Shown here in pieces: positions 55,224-63,594 of a DNA stretch of 64,000 nt. Where the stretch lies: IMG/VR virus record IMGVR_UViG_3300045971_000577, positions 186,001 through 250,000 of that record; one strand, given 5' to 3'. The translations under genes were made by a program, and so were the position numbers. Position 1 is the first letter of the stretch, and every line of letters starts with the position of its first letter. The notes beneath the pieces were generated by a model. The model saw only the letters and a program-made list of their open reading frames with translations, ran no database searches and had not been told where the DNA came from.

Positions 55224-55475
55224 GGCGGTGTCGGTTTAAGCAGGATGATCGTAAATGGTTATTTTATTGTCTGGTCGATATACTGAATTTACCCCGACCA
55301 TATCACTAATCGCTAGTGCTCGATTCTACTCTTGTGTCTGCTGTAGACCGCGTATCGGCTTCTGCCGTATATCTATTCCGTCGGTGTGCGATATTTCTAC
55401 CGCATGTGCCTTACGAGCCACCTTCTATAGCTTTGAGCGTATTATTGGATTGCTGTAATCATCCTAAAAATGTAT

Positions 55476-56408
55476 TTACTTCTTCTTAGCAGGTGCAGGT
55501 GCAGCAACCTGCATGGTCGGCAGTTCGTACCACGGCAACACACCGCGATCCGATTCCTCAACCGATTGCCAGTTCGGAGAACCTTCGTCCTTCAGTTGCG
55601 GCAGAGCCTTGTAGAAGCATGCGCGAAGGTGAGCTTGTGCCTTTACCTTGGCTTCAGTGCTGTACTTGCGTGTCATCAGCGTGGCCAGAGGAGCCAGTGT
55701 CTTCACCGGACCAGAAGTCATGCCCTTGTAGCTGATGTTGGCCGGGCGATAGACCGTCGAAACACGGGCAGCGATCGCATCGCCGATCGGCACAATCTTG
55801 TACTGTGCAGGATTCAGTTTCTCGATGTTGGGCAGTGGTGCTGCGCCGACGAAAACTGCGGCAGCAATCTCACCACTGTTCAACGCAGCGATAACCTGGT
55901 CACCCTTGTCGAACGGAATAACCTCGAATCCACCCTGGCCCTGGCCTTGTAGGATTCGAGCAGTGAACACGCCCCCGCCGGCAGCACCAACCTTGTAGCC
56001 GGCCGTATCCTGCAAACTATTGAAGTTCACAGTCATGACATAGTTCTTCTTGGTTTTGGATTCACGCAGCATCAGCACGTGGATCGGTTCTGGATAAAGC
56101 GCAACCAGCGTCTGGAAACGTGCATAGCTGGGATCGGCCATCGAGTTCGCAAGGAACACGTCGGAGTGCATGAATGCAGCCTGAGCCTTGTTATTCACAA
56201 GTGAATCCAAGTTACCGGGGGCGCCACCAGTCACACCGTGTGCAGGCTGGACGGTGAAGTTGTCATCCGAACAGGCGCCGATGATTTCACCGAGCATCTT
56301 GGCATAGGTTCCACTGGAACTATCTGCGGCAACAACAATCTTGCTATCTTGTGCCATGCTAACCGCGGAAATCGCAGCCAGGGCAATGGCAGTAAGGAAT
56401 TTCTTCAT
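55476..56408 (-). CDS. TAXI-family TRAP-like periplasmic solute-binding protein
   Basis: Signal peptide; SGTY, GG..GNL..L....A.AAFMHSDV, LYPEPIHVL, GAAGGG. Confidence 0.75.
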   Translation of the reverse strand: MKKFLTAIALAAISAVSMAQDSKIVVAADSSSGTYAKMLGEIIGACSDDNFTVQPAHGVTGGAPGNLDSLVNNKAQAAFMHSDVFLANSMADPSYARFQTLVALYPEPIHVLMLRESKTKKNYVMTVNFNSLQDTAGYKVGAAGGGVFTARILQGQGQGGFEVIPFDKGDQVIAALNSGEIAAAVFVGAAPLPNIEKLNPAQYKIVPIGDAIAARVSTVYRPANISYKGMTSGPVKTLAPLATLMTRKYSTEAKVKAQAHLRACFYKALPQLKDEGSPNWQSVEESDRGVLPWYELPTMQVAAPAPAKKK

Positions 56409-56434
56409 ATGTTTCTTTCTATGTGTAAAGTTGA

Positions 56435-56563
56435 TTAGGGAATCGAAAGACCGGATGAACTATTTGAACTCGGAGCAGAATGCGGATGTTCGTCGCCGAA
56501 CAACACAAACAATGCCCCCAAGACCACGGCAAGTAAAAGCATCCCGATGATGCGTGATTTCAT
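56435..56563 (-). CDS. 42-aa single-TM membrane protein
   Basis: Hand-translated MKSRIIGMLLLAVVLGALFVLFG...; coupled to the upstream stop. Confidence 0.6.
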   Translation of the reverse strand: MKSRIIGMLLLAVVLGALFVLFGDEHPHSAPSSNSSSGLSIP

Positions 56564-57379
56564 TTAGCGACTCACTTTCTGTGTTTGGCGAACTTGTGCC
56601 ATGTCAATGACAACAGGTTCGCTGTGACCTAATTGTGCAACAGACGTGGTCGGCTTGTCAGCCTCATCCACGTCGAGTGCGGCAGCAACTTCAAGTTGAG
56701 CGAACGCCATATTCATGGATTCGAATACTGCGTCACACGCGGTGTCAGCCTTCAGCTTCTCGAATGCATCACCAGTATCCATGCCAGCAGCACGATTTGC
56801 TTCGATTGCGTCCTTGGACATTTCGTAGTACGCCTTCATTTCTTCAAGCTTGTTGTCGCCATCTTCGAGCGATTGCTGTGCTTCGGCCAAAGCCTTCTTC
56901 TTGCGTTCGACCAAATCAGTCATGCGTGCAAGTTGGGCCTCGAATTCAGGAGCGCGGGCCGGATACTTCTTCTTGAAGTTATCGACCTTTGTAGAAAAAT
57001 TCGATCGAGCAGTGATTGCCTGCGTCACAGATGCCTTGAATTCTTGGAATGCGCCCTTCTTTGCAATCAGCAACGCTGTGAGCGTTTCGATTGGATTTTC
57101 TGCGGCGGCGCCCGTGACTGCCTTGATGTGTGCAACCTTCTCTGCATCGATAAGACGATACTTCCAGTTTGCAATCTTCAGGGAGAATACAGGTGCAAGA
57201 GCTACGATCGTAGCACCCACAGCGGCTGCCACTGCCAATCCTACCACGCCACCGATTGCAATGAATACGAACGGTGCTGCCACAAGGCCTGCAACGCCCA
57301 TACTCACAGCAGTGAGTGCAGTCTTCATCTTGTCGCGTTTGGCGACTACCTCTGCTTGATTTACCACTTGATTTTCCAC
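56564..57379 (-). CDS. Membrane-anchored coiled-coil protein (PspA-like architecture)
   Basis: Two N-terminal hydrophobic helices, then a long coiled coil. Confidence 0.7.
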   Translation of the reverse strand: MENQVVNQAEVVAKRDKMKTALTAVSMGVAGLVAAPFVFIAIGGVVGLAVAAAVGATIVALAPVFSLKIANWKYRLIDAEKVAHIKAVTGAAAENPIETLTALLIAKKGAFQEFKASVTQAITARSNFSTKVDNFKKKYPARAPEFEAQLARMTDLVERKKKALAEAQQSLEDGDNKLEEMKAYYEMSKDAIEANRAAGMDTGDAFEKLKADTACDAVFESMNMAFAQLEVAAALDVDEADKPTTSVAQLGHSEPVVIDMAQVRQTQKVSR

Positions 57380-57409
57380 GTTGTGTCCTTTCTGTGTAAA
57401 CACGTATGC

Positions 57410-57438
57410 ACTATATATTAGCTTGCGTGCATGTGCAA
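57410..57438 (-). promoter_or_regulatory. Sigma70-type promoter with spacer palindrome
   Basis: TTGCAC-17-TATAGT; GCTTGC-N8-GCAAGC. Confidence 0.6.
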
Positions 57439-57445
57439 GCGATTT

Positions 57446-57530
57446 TGGTACCCCAACCCGGACTCGAACCGGGATGCTCTTCAGCGGGGGATTTTGAGTC
57501 CCCTGTGTCTACCTATTCCACCATCAGGGC
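57446..57530 (-). tRNA. tRNA-Leu(CAA)
   Basis: Class II cloverleaf, loop CT-CAA-AA, CCA. Confidence 0.93.
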
Positions 57531-57881
57531 TTTCTTTGCGTTTTTATTACCAGCACGACCTTGCTTGGTTCGGGCAACTTCCTCACCGTACTTTTCTACG
57601 GACTTTTCCCAACAGGTTTTGAAATTTCCTGTTGCTTTCATGTCTTCGATATTTTCCTTCCGTGTACCCCAATACAAGTGTTGAGGATTTGAGCAACCAC
57701 CGTTGTGGCAGGCATGACACAAATCTACCATTCTATACGGAATATTCGTATCGAGATAATGTGCCAATAGACCTTTGAACATTGTACTATTACCACCACG
57801 TTCCATACACGGTGATTCTAAGTCAAGATGTTTCTGCCTCTCCTCTTTCGAGCGGGTAATATATTCTTCCATCAACACCAT
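57513..57881 (-). CDS. HNH-like endonuclease
   Basis: DLCHACHNGGCSNPQHLYWGTRKENIED; stop lies inside tRNA-Leu. Confidence 0.75.
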   Translation of the reverse strand: MVLMEEYITRSKEERQKHLDLESPCMERGGNSTMFKGLLAHYLDTNIPYRMVDLCHACHNGGCSNPQHLYWGTRKENIEDMKATGNFKTCWEKSVEKYGEEVARTKQGRAGNKNAKKALMVE

Positions 57882-57882
57882 A

Positions 57883-58120
57883 TTATTTCTTTGGTTGTTT
57901 ATCCAACCAGAATTTGTACGTCTTTCTAATTTCCTTGTTTGCCACATAGATAAGCAACGCAAATGGTGGCGAACCTAGCACAACAAGAAACAACACACCG
58001 ATCATCCATGAGTTAAGGAATGCGACGACTGTGGCAAGTCCAAAAACTATGAGGTAGATTACCAATGCTAACGCATTTTCACCCTGACCTAACCACCACG
58101 AAACAAACTCAATAAACTTC
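57883..58120 (-). CDS. Membrane protein
   Basis: Two TM helices. Confidence 0.6.
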
Positions 58121-58129
58121 ATGTTCTCT

Positions 58130-58537
58130 TCAGAATAGAGGCAAATCACCGGTAATCTTATCAATCAGCTCAGGACTGTCCGGACCAATGCCAACAGCAG
58201 TAAGTGTAGGCACTCCGTCAAATTCTGTCAAGCCGGCGTCGCGTATAAGTGATACTGCAAGGCCGGCCTTTCGTGCAGCATCATACACTGCAATCAATTC
58301 TACATCATCATTCACATAAACCGTGACTTTCTTGAATCTTCCGGTGATCCAAGATGCGACAAAAGGATTACCTAAAGGAATCACAAACTCATTCTTTATC
58401 GAATCAAATCGACCAATACCGAGAATCGCTCCCATACTAGCGTGCGCCGCTTGGGCACAATATTTCCCGGTACGCATGTTGCGCGCCTTAGGAAACTTCT
58501 TCATCACTAATACTTGTTTCGATTCCATTACATCCAC
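58130..58537 (-). CDS. Peptidyl-tRNA hydrolase 2 (Pth2-like)
   Basis: KQVLVM, GKYCAQAAHA, KKVTV, IRDAGLTEF...TAVGIGP. Confidence 0.92.
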   Translation of the reverse strand: MDVMESKQVLVMKKFPKARNMRTGKYCAQAAHASMGAILGIGRFDSIKNEFVIPLGNPFVASWITGRFKKVTVYVNDDVELIAVYDAARKAGLAVSLIRDAGLTEFDGVPTLTAVGIGPDSPELIDKITGDLPLF

Positions 58538-58779
58538 TTTATTCTAAATGCCAGATAGTCTTCTTCTGTTTCAAACTCGATATAATCAATTTCTTGATCA
58601 TAATCATCTTCGGGAACCATTACTGCATTGTAAGCGGCCAATCCATCGGCTAATGCTTTGTTGCGAATGTCTGTATCGTGACTTAGTCCAGATATGCCCT
58701 TACACACGGTAATGACAAAGTTTCGCCACCATCTGGGACAGCTGTCGAAACTTTGCCAATCGGTGAAGTCAATCTTCAC
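58528..58779 (-). CDS. Hypothetical protein
   Basis: '...FETEEDYLAFRIKW' tail. Confidence 0.6.
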   Translation of the reverse strand: MKIDFTDWQSFDSCPRWWRNFVITVCKGISGLSHDTDIRNKALADGLAAYNAVMVPEDDYDQEIDYIEFETEEDYLAFRIKWM

Positions 58780-58789
58780 CTTGCTCGCC

Positions 58790-59365
58790 TTACTTCAGGG
58801 CAGACACAGCCGCATCATAGATGCGATGGTATACGCCACGGAAGAACTTGGTCACCAACGACTGGATGAAGTTGATGATGTCACCGGTGATGTTTTCCAC
58901 CATGCTAAACGGCCAGATCAGAATCCAGGCGGTGATGGTAGGCAACATGGCCTTCGGGTGCAGACGTTCAATCGCACGTTCACGATAGCTCTTGTCCAAG
59001 CCCTTGTTTTCTTCAACAACCTTTGCAGCGTGGCGCTTGTATCGCCAGAAGCTCCAGACCAGGCCGATGATCACGTATGCAACTGCACCGATGGCGATTG
59101 TCATAAGCGATACGCTGAAGAAGAAATAGGCTGTCGCAGCAGCAACCAACGCAGTGAATACAGACCAACCACGTGCGCCATTGTGTTCGAACAAGATGCC
59201 CAAAACAAACAGGACGATCAGGGCAGGCCATGAAAGCATGAGACCGGCTGCGAAGCCAGCAACTGCTGCAAAAAAGCCAGGAGATGCAACCGCAGCGGTA
59301 GCGGCACTTGCAGCACTCGACGCGGCAGCGGATGCCGCAAGTGCGATAGATACGGGTTCAGTCAT
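58790..59365 (-). CDS. Multi-pass membrane protein
   Basis: Several hydrophobic segments; promoter TTGACC-17-TATAGT at 59415-59443. Confidence 0.75.
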   Translation of the reverse strand: MTEPVSIALAASAAASSAASAATAAVASPGFFAAVAGFAAGLMLSWPALIVLFVLGILFEHNGARGWSVFTALVAAATAYFFFSVSLMTIAIGAVAYVIIGLVWSFWRYKRHAAKVVEENKGLDKSYRERAIERLHPKAMLPTITAWILIWPFSMVENITGDIINFIQSLVTKFFRGVYHRIYDAAVSALK

Positions 59366-59443
59366 AGTCGTCTTTCTGTGTTAGTAGGAGTAAAAGCACG
59401 CCTACTGCCCACTAACTATATGCTAGCAGGCTGTGTAGGTCAA

Positions 59444-59809
59444 TCAGAATGTGCCTGATTTGTACATTGCGTTTGACACAGTGAAGTTACGCTTCCAGTC
59501 CCACTCGTCAAGAACGAGCTGGTTGAATACGTCTTCTTCGACTTCGATGATTTCTTCCACCGACAGTTCAAGCATGCGAATGGCGCGTGCATAGCTGGTC
59601 TCATATGATTGAGGTGCAGACGGCAATGGCTTGATCTTCTTGAATTCGACCAGGTCAGCTGTCTTAGCAAACGACAGGTTGGCCTTGGCAGTTTGGAGAA
59701 CGAGTGTCTTGTAGTCAGCTACCGCTTCAATAAATTCAGCCATGTGCTTTTCCTTGTTTTCTCGGACGATTGCCAAGAGTTCAAGGCGGTTCATTTTGAT
59801 AGAGTTCAT
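59444..59809 (-). CDS. Conserved hypothetical protein
   Basis: YARAIRMLELSV...FNQLVLDEWDW. Confidence 0.75.
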   Translation of the reverse strand: MNSIKMNRLELLAIVRENKEKHMAEFIEAVADYKTLVLQTAKANLSFAKTADLVEFKKIKPLPSAPQSYETSYARAIRMLELSVEEIIEVEEDVFNQLVLDEWDWKRNFTVSNAMYKSGTF

Positions 59810-59849
59810 TACATTCCTTCGATTGTTTAGCATGATGTTTTATTTAGGT

Positions 59850-59942
59850 TGGAGGACGGGTGGGAAATCGAATCCCCGGCAGCTTCCGCTACTCCACTTA
59901 CTTTCCAAGTAAGGCTTGCATCCCAGGCAAGATACCGCGTCC
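59850..59942 (-). tRNA. tRNA with GGA (Ser) anticodon, 8/4 fold with bulged nucleotide
   Basis: GGACG[C]GGT/ACCCGTCC, GGGA/TCCC T stem, CTTGC/GCAAG D stem, long variable arm, U73, CCA. Confidence 0.75.
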
Positions 59943-59950
59943 AAAATTGA

Positions 59951-59979
59951 AGTATACACGAACGTGTATACAATGTCAA
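59951..59979 (-). promoter_or_regulatory. Sigma70 promoter with perfect palindrome, upstream of the 8/4 tRNA
   Basis: TTGACA-17-TATACT; GTATACACG-AA-CGTGTATAC. Confidence 0.75.
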
Positions 59980-60557
59980 TGATTTCTAACTGGCGACGAA
60001 ACGTCATCCGCAATATCACGGATAATCATTTCGATTAGTGCGCGGTTATCTTCAGTAGGTTGCTTACTAAGCAATACGCTCACATATCCGTTGAATTCGA
60101 CCCCAGACACAGGAACTGCGACAGAGCAAACCGATACCACATTAGGGCTAGGTGCAAATGTAAATCCATTTGTTTTATTGTAGGGGTCGCAATTAAATTC
60201 GTGATTGATCAAACGAACCAGTCTCTGGTTTAGCATATCGTCATCTCTAACGAACAATGACCTTTTATCGTTTATTATTCTTGTTGAAAAATAATCATCA
60301 TATAATCTTTTCACATCAGGATCAGTAATATACATATAAGATAACTGCCTTGTGTTGGTCTGTATATCGGCATGTATAACAATAATACCAACGAAATCTG
60401 GTATTTTTTTAGAATCCCTGTGTATATGTTCTATCGTGTTAACGTTAGTAAGAATAATAGATGGTTTTTCCACATATTTTGATATACCATACCCCACGAC
60501 ACCTAATAGACATAGTGCCATTAGCGATTCAATCACGTATTTTATAGTATTTTTCAT
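59976..60557 (-). CDS. T4 holin T-like TM + periplasmic GAF-like protein (paralogue 2)
   Basis: One TM segment; NHEFNC..VCSVAVP...NGYVSV. Confidence 0.45.
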   Translation of the reverse strand: MKNTIKYVIESLMALCLLGVVGYGISKYVEKPSIILTNVNTIEHIHRDSKKIPDFVGIIVIHADIQTNTRQLSYMYITDPDVKRLYDDYFSTRIINDKRSLFVRDDDMLNQRLVRLINHEFNCDPYNKTNGFTFAPSPNVVSVCSVAVPVSGVEFNGYVSVLLSKQPTEDNRALIEMIIRDIADDVSSPVRNH

Positions 60558-60558
60558 G

Positions 60559-60807
60559 CTACCCCAATAACGCTGCTACTAATATGTATTCCTCTACCAT
60601 TTTTATATCTATGTTGATTTTTACCAAAAGTGCATCTGTGGCAGAATATCTACCACGTCGGGCTGATATTTCAGCCCTCGACAAGTCCCTAATCGAAGAT
60701 GATATATTCTCAATCATCTTCGTTATATCTCTGCTGTGTACTAATCCTCTAGCCCGGTGCCTGAGTGTGTTTTCTAATTTGTTCCATTCTAAAGAGTTGC
60801 CGATCAC
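60559..60807 (-). CDS. Hypothetical protein
   Basis: Coupled ORF. Confidence 0.65.
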   Translation of the reverse strand: MIGNSLEWNKLENTLRHRARGLVHSRDITKMIENISSSIRDLSRAEISARRGRYSATDALLVKINIDIKMVEEYILVAALLG

Positions 60808-61460
60808 CTAAGTTCCTTCTCAAAGACAATAGTTGAAAGATGTTTTACTAAAACACGTAGTTGATCTACTTCGTCTACCGTCGGAGTACGCTTTAGAAAA
60901 ACGTGAACTGATCCAATAAACTTACCATAATACGGCGGAATTCCACTGGAACATACATGCACCGCATACTTAGCAGCCTCCGGCATCTCTGTCGCGAGGC
61001 CGGTAGATGTATATGAGTTACATACAAACTCACCATTTATCAAATCAACTATGAGTCGATTTTGAGCTATACTCTGTGTGAATACAGGCAACTCCATATC
61101 TTGTAATGAGTATTTTGCAAATATTTCTTTCATGTCTTTATCATATGCTTCTAGGAATACGATATACTTTGAATTCTTCCGAAAGTTCACGACATTAACC
61201 GAAACCCCGGCCACTATGTCGGACTTAGATGCACTCGCATTGATTTCCTTTATCGTGCTCGGGGATAGTTGCCTGAAGGCAGGCGGGTGTGAATCAAGTT
61301 TATCTTTTTTCACATAATCGAATATTTGATCACGTGCGCTAAAAGCACTCCATGCAACTGATATGATTAAAATAAGTGCGATTAGCTGAGTTAGTTTTAT
61401 CCAACTAAGCTTTGCTAGAAACTGCTGCAGAATACCTACATTTTCACCGAAATCACTCAT
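60804..61460 (-). CDS. T4 holin T-like TM + periplasmic GAF-like protein (paralogue 1)
   Basis: GATAAATA at 61498-61505; one TM segment; NGEFVC..VCSSGIPP..GKFIGSV. Confidence 0.5.
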   Translation of the reverse strand: MSDFGENVGILQQFLAKLSWIKLTQLIALILIISVAWSAFSARDQIFDYVKKDKLDSHPPAFRQLSPSTIKEINASASKSDIVAGVSVNVVNFRKNSKYIVFLEAYDKDMKEIFAKYSLQDMELPVFTQSIAQNRLIVDLINGEFVCNSYTSTGLATEMPEAAKYAVHVCSSGIPPYYGKFIGSVHVFLKRTPTVDEVDQLRVLVKHLSTIVFEKELR

Positions 61461-61563
61461 ATGTTCCTTTGCTATGCATATAGCCTGTGCAAGCAAATAT
61501 TTATCAGTGAAACTACTAAAGTAGTAGTAGGGTTATATTAAATCCTTGTCAATGGAAGGGATT

Positions 61564-61650
61564 TGGTGCGGCTGAGAGGACTCGAACCTCCACTCCCTTA
61601 CGGGAACAAGCACCTCAAGCTTGCGCGTCTACCAATTCCGCCACAGCCGC
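61564..61650 (-). tRNA. tRNA-Leu(GAG)
   Basis: Class II cloverleaf, CCA. Confidence 0.93.
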
Positions 61651-61706
61651 AGAGGTTCGAGCAGTTATACGCATGCTCAGGCCATAAGGCCTTTCGGCCT
61701 ATTGAT

Positions 61707-61784
61707 TGGTTGCGAGCGGTAGGATTCGAACCTACGATCTCCAGCTTATGAGACTGGCGGGATACCGGACTTCCCCACGCCGCG
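61707..61784 (-). tRNA. tRNA-Met(CAT), initiator-like
   Basis: C1:A72 mismatch, loop CT-CAT-AA, extra U in the acceptor 3' strand. Confidence 0.85.
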
Positions 61785-61949
61785 ATTGTCTTGGATATAT
61801 TTCGTATATATCAACGGGATAGATGTCTCGTATATCAACGGCTTATTCACAGCTTCAAGATCTTGATCAGATTACATGACATTATCCAAGGTTAAAAAGT
61901 AATGGTAGAATGTATACCAACAGTGCTGTTAACACTATCATAATAAAAC

Positions 61950-62023
61950 TGGTTGCGGAGCCTCGGAATCGAACCGGCCCTCAAGGTTATGAGCCTCGCG
62001 TGCTGCCATCACACTCGCCCGCC
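61950..62023 (-). tRNA. tRNA(CAT), initiator-like, imperfect T stem
   Basis: G1:A72 mismatch, loop CT-CAT-AA, CCA. Confidence 0.65.
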
Positions 62024-62232
62024 AAAATCTTTGCACTCAATACCCGGGTTAGTACCGAAGTGACTTCTAACAATACAACTGTGCCTTTCTGTAGCTTACT
62101 AAACTCTATGCCTTCTGTGCGAGGATATAGATTGTAAACATTTCCATTCTGTACTTTTGCAAGTGCGATGTTTCCGTTTGGATGAACATCCACAACTTTA
62201 CCTTCTACAAAGAATGGTATTTCACGTGCCAT
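62011..62232 (-). CDS. Small OB-fold-like hypothetical protein
   Basis: MAREIPFFVEGKVVDV... after GATAAATA; the ORF (to 61987) runs into the tRNA, so its 3' end is uncertain. Confidence 0.4.
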
Positions 62233-62247
62233 CCTTTATTTATCTTA

Positions 62248-62323
62248 TGGTGCCCTTTGTCAGAATTGAACTGACCTTTCATCTATACCAAAGATGCGTG
62301 TTCGCCAATGTCACTAAAAGGGC
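62248..62323 (-). tRNA. tRNA-Thr(GGT)
   Basis: Cloverleaf, loop TT-GGT-AT, CCA. Confidence 0.88.
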
Positions 62324-62532
62324 TAAAGAGAATAGACATATAGAATTATTTTTATAATTCTATAATAAGGTCCAGGGGATATATCATTATTTATAATATA
62401 ATTGCCTGCGACATATTCTATGAAAAATGTCGGTAAAAATAGTTAACAATTAAAAACTATTAAAGGTTTGCTGTCAATATAGTAATAGACACGGCGCTTT
62501 CGCCATAACAAACATACCAACAAAAACGGTAC

Positions 62533-62748
62533 TTAGTCCGGTGCTACAGCGCCTCTTGGTTTGCCCTTGGCGGAACTGTCGTGGTCTTTCGACTTCAGTG
62601 CTGCACGGCGCGCCGATTCTTCACACAACTGAGCATCAATCATCCCGCGCAGCCATGCACCTCGTTCGTGTGCATCCTTGAATTTGGTCAAGGTCAGCAT
62701 GGTTTTAAGTTGCGGCTTCATACGGAAATTCTTATCAGGTGTCATCAT
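62533..62748 (-). CDS. Hypothetical protein
   Basis: Coupled ORF. Confidence 0.65.
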   Translation of the reverse strand: MMTPDKNFRMKPQLKTMLTLTKFKDAHERGAWLRGMIDAQLCEESARRAALKSKDHDSSAKGKPRGAVAPD

Positions 62749-63101
62749 TGTGATTCTTTCTTTTCTGCTTGAATGCGTTGATTTATATGTTTTCTAACCG
62801 AACCTACTTGCTCTGTCAATGCACGGGTTTTCTTCTCCGATGCATCTTGCCTCTTATTGAGTGCAACTATAGCATTGTTTACCGCGTTTAGTCTACCGGT
62901 ATTATTTTCTGAAACGTTGACTGATCTTACAACATTTTCTTTGTAGTGAACTGTAATGGTTTCTGCCACAACGTCCCACACTACATCGTTTACCTTGAAG
63001 TATTCGTCGTCAAACATTAAAGAATCGCCAACACGTGGAATGTGGTTAGCAGTTCCTGCATTGTATATATTACCGTAATCGTCTTCGTATATTAGTTTCA
63101 T
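62745..63101 (-). CDS. Hypothetical protein
   Basis: ORF after tRNA-Asn. Confidence 0.7.
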   Translation of the reverse strand: MKLIYEDDYGNIYNAGTANHIPRVGDSLMFDDEYFKVNDVVWDVVAETITVHYKENVVRSVNVSENNTGRLNAVNNAIVALNKRQDASEKKTRALTEQVGSVRKHINQRIQAEKKESQ

Positions 63102-63108
63102 TTTATAT

Positions 63109-63183
63109 TGGCTCCCCAGGATGGGATCGAACCACCGACCACTCGATTAACAGTCGAGGGCTCTGCCGCTGAGCTACTAGGGA
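63109..63183 (-). tRNA. tRNA-Asn(GTT)
   Basis: TCCCTAG/CTGGGGA, loop CT-GTT-AA, G73, CCA. Confidence 0.93.
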
Positions 63184-63190
63184 ATATTCT

Positions 63191-63589
63191 TTATCTATTT
63201 ATGCTTCTACTGCCTCGACCATTTCCTTTATTCTTAGCAGTAAATGTATCAGTCTGGCTATGGCAGTTTGGACAAAGTAATCTAACATTATCCGGTTTAT
63301 CATTACTTGCATCTCCGTCGATGTGGTCTAACTGTAACATCAATGGTTTCCCATTATGCTCGCCTTTATTCCCACAATCAACGCAAATATTTCCGTAAAG
63401 ATATTTCAATACCCGTTTCAGGGTTGGTCTCTCTTTTATTTCACCCTTAAGAAATCTCGGTATAGTTACTTCTTTTAGTTTATATTCCGACTGGCATTCT
63501 CTACTACAATATTTGTTAGGATTGGTAGTGGTGGTAGAATGCAAGATAGGACGAGAGTTACCGCAGTTTATACAAACTATACATTTCAT
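63191..63589 (-). CDS. HNH endonuclease (Zn-ribbon type)
   Basis: KYCSREC; LQLDHIDGD..N...NVRLLCPNCH. Confidence 0.88.
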   Translation of the reverse strand: MKCIVCINCGNSRPILHSTTTTNPNKYCSRECQSEYKLKEVTIPRFLKGEIKERPTLKRVLKYLYGNICVDCGNKGEHNGKPLMLQLDHIDGDASNDKPDNVRLLCPNCHSQTDTFTAKNKGNGRGSRSINR

Positions 63590-63594
63590 GTTAT

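Noticed and set aside
56633-57421. 262-aa and 169-aa plus-strand ORFs
   Set aside because: Antisense to the coiled-coil gene; typical shadow composition.
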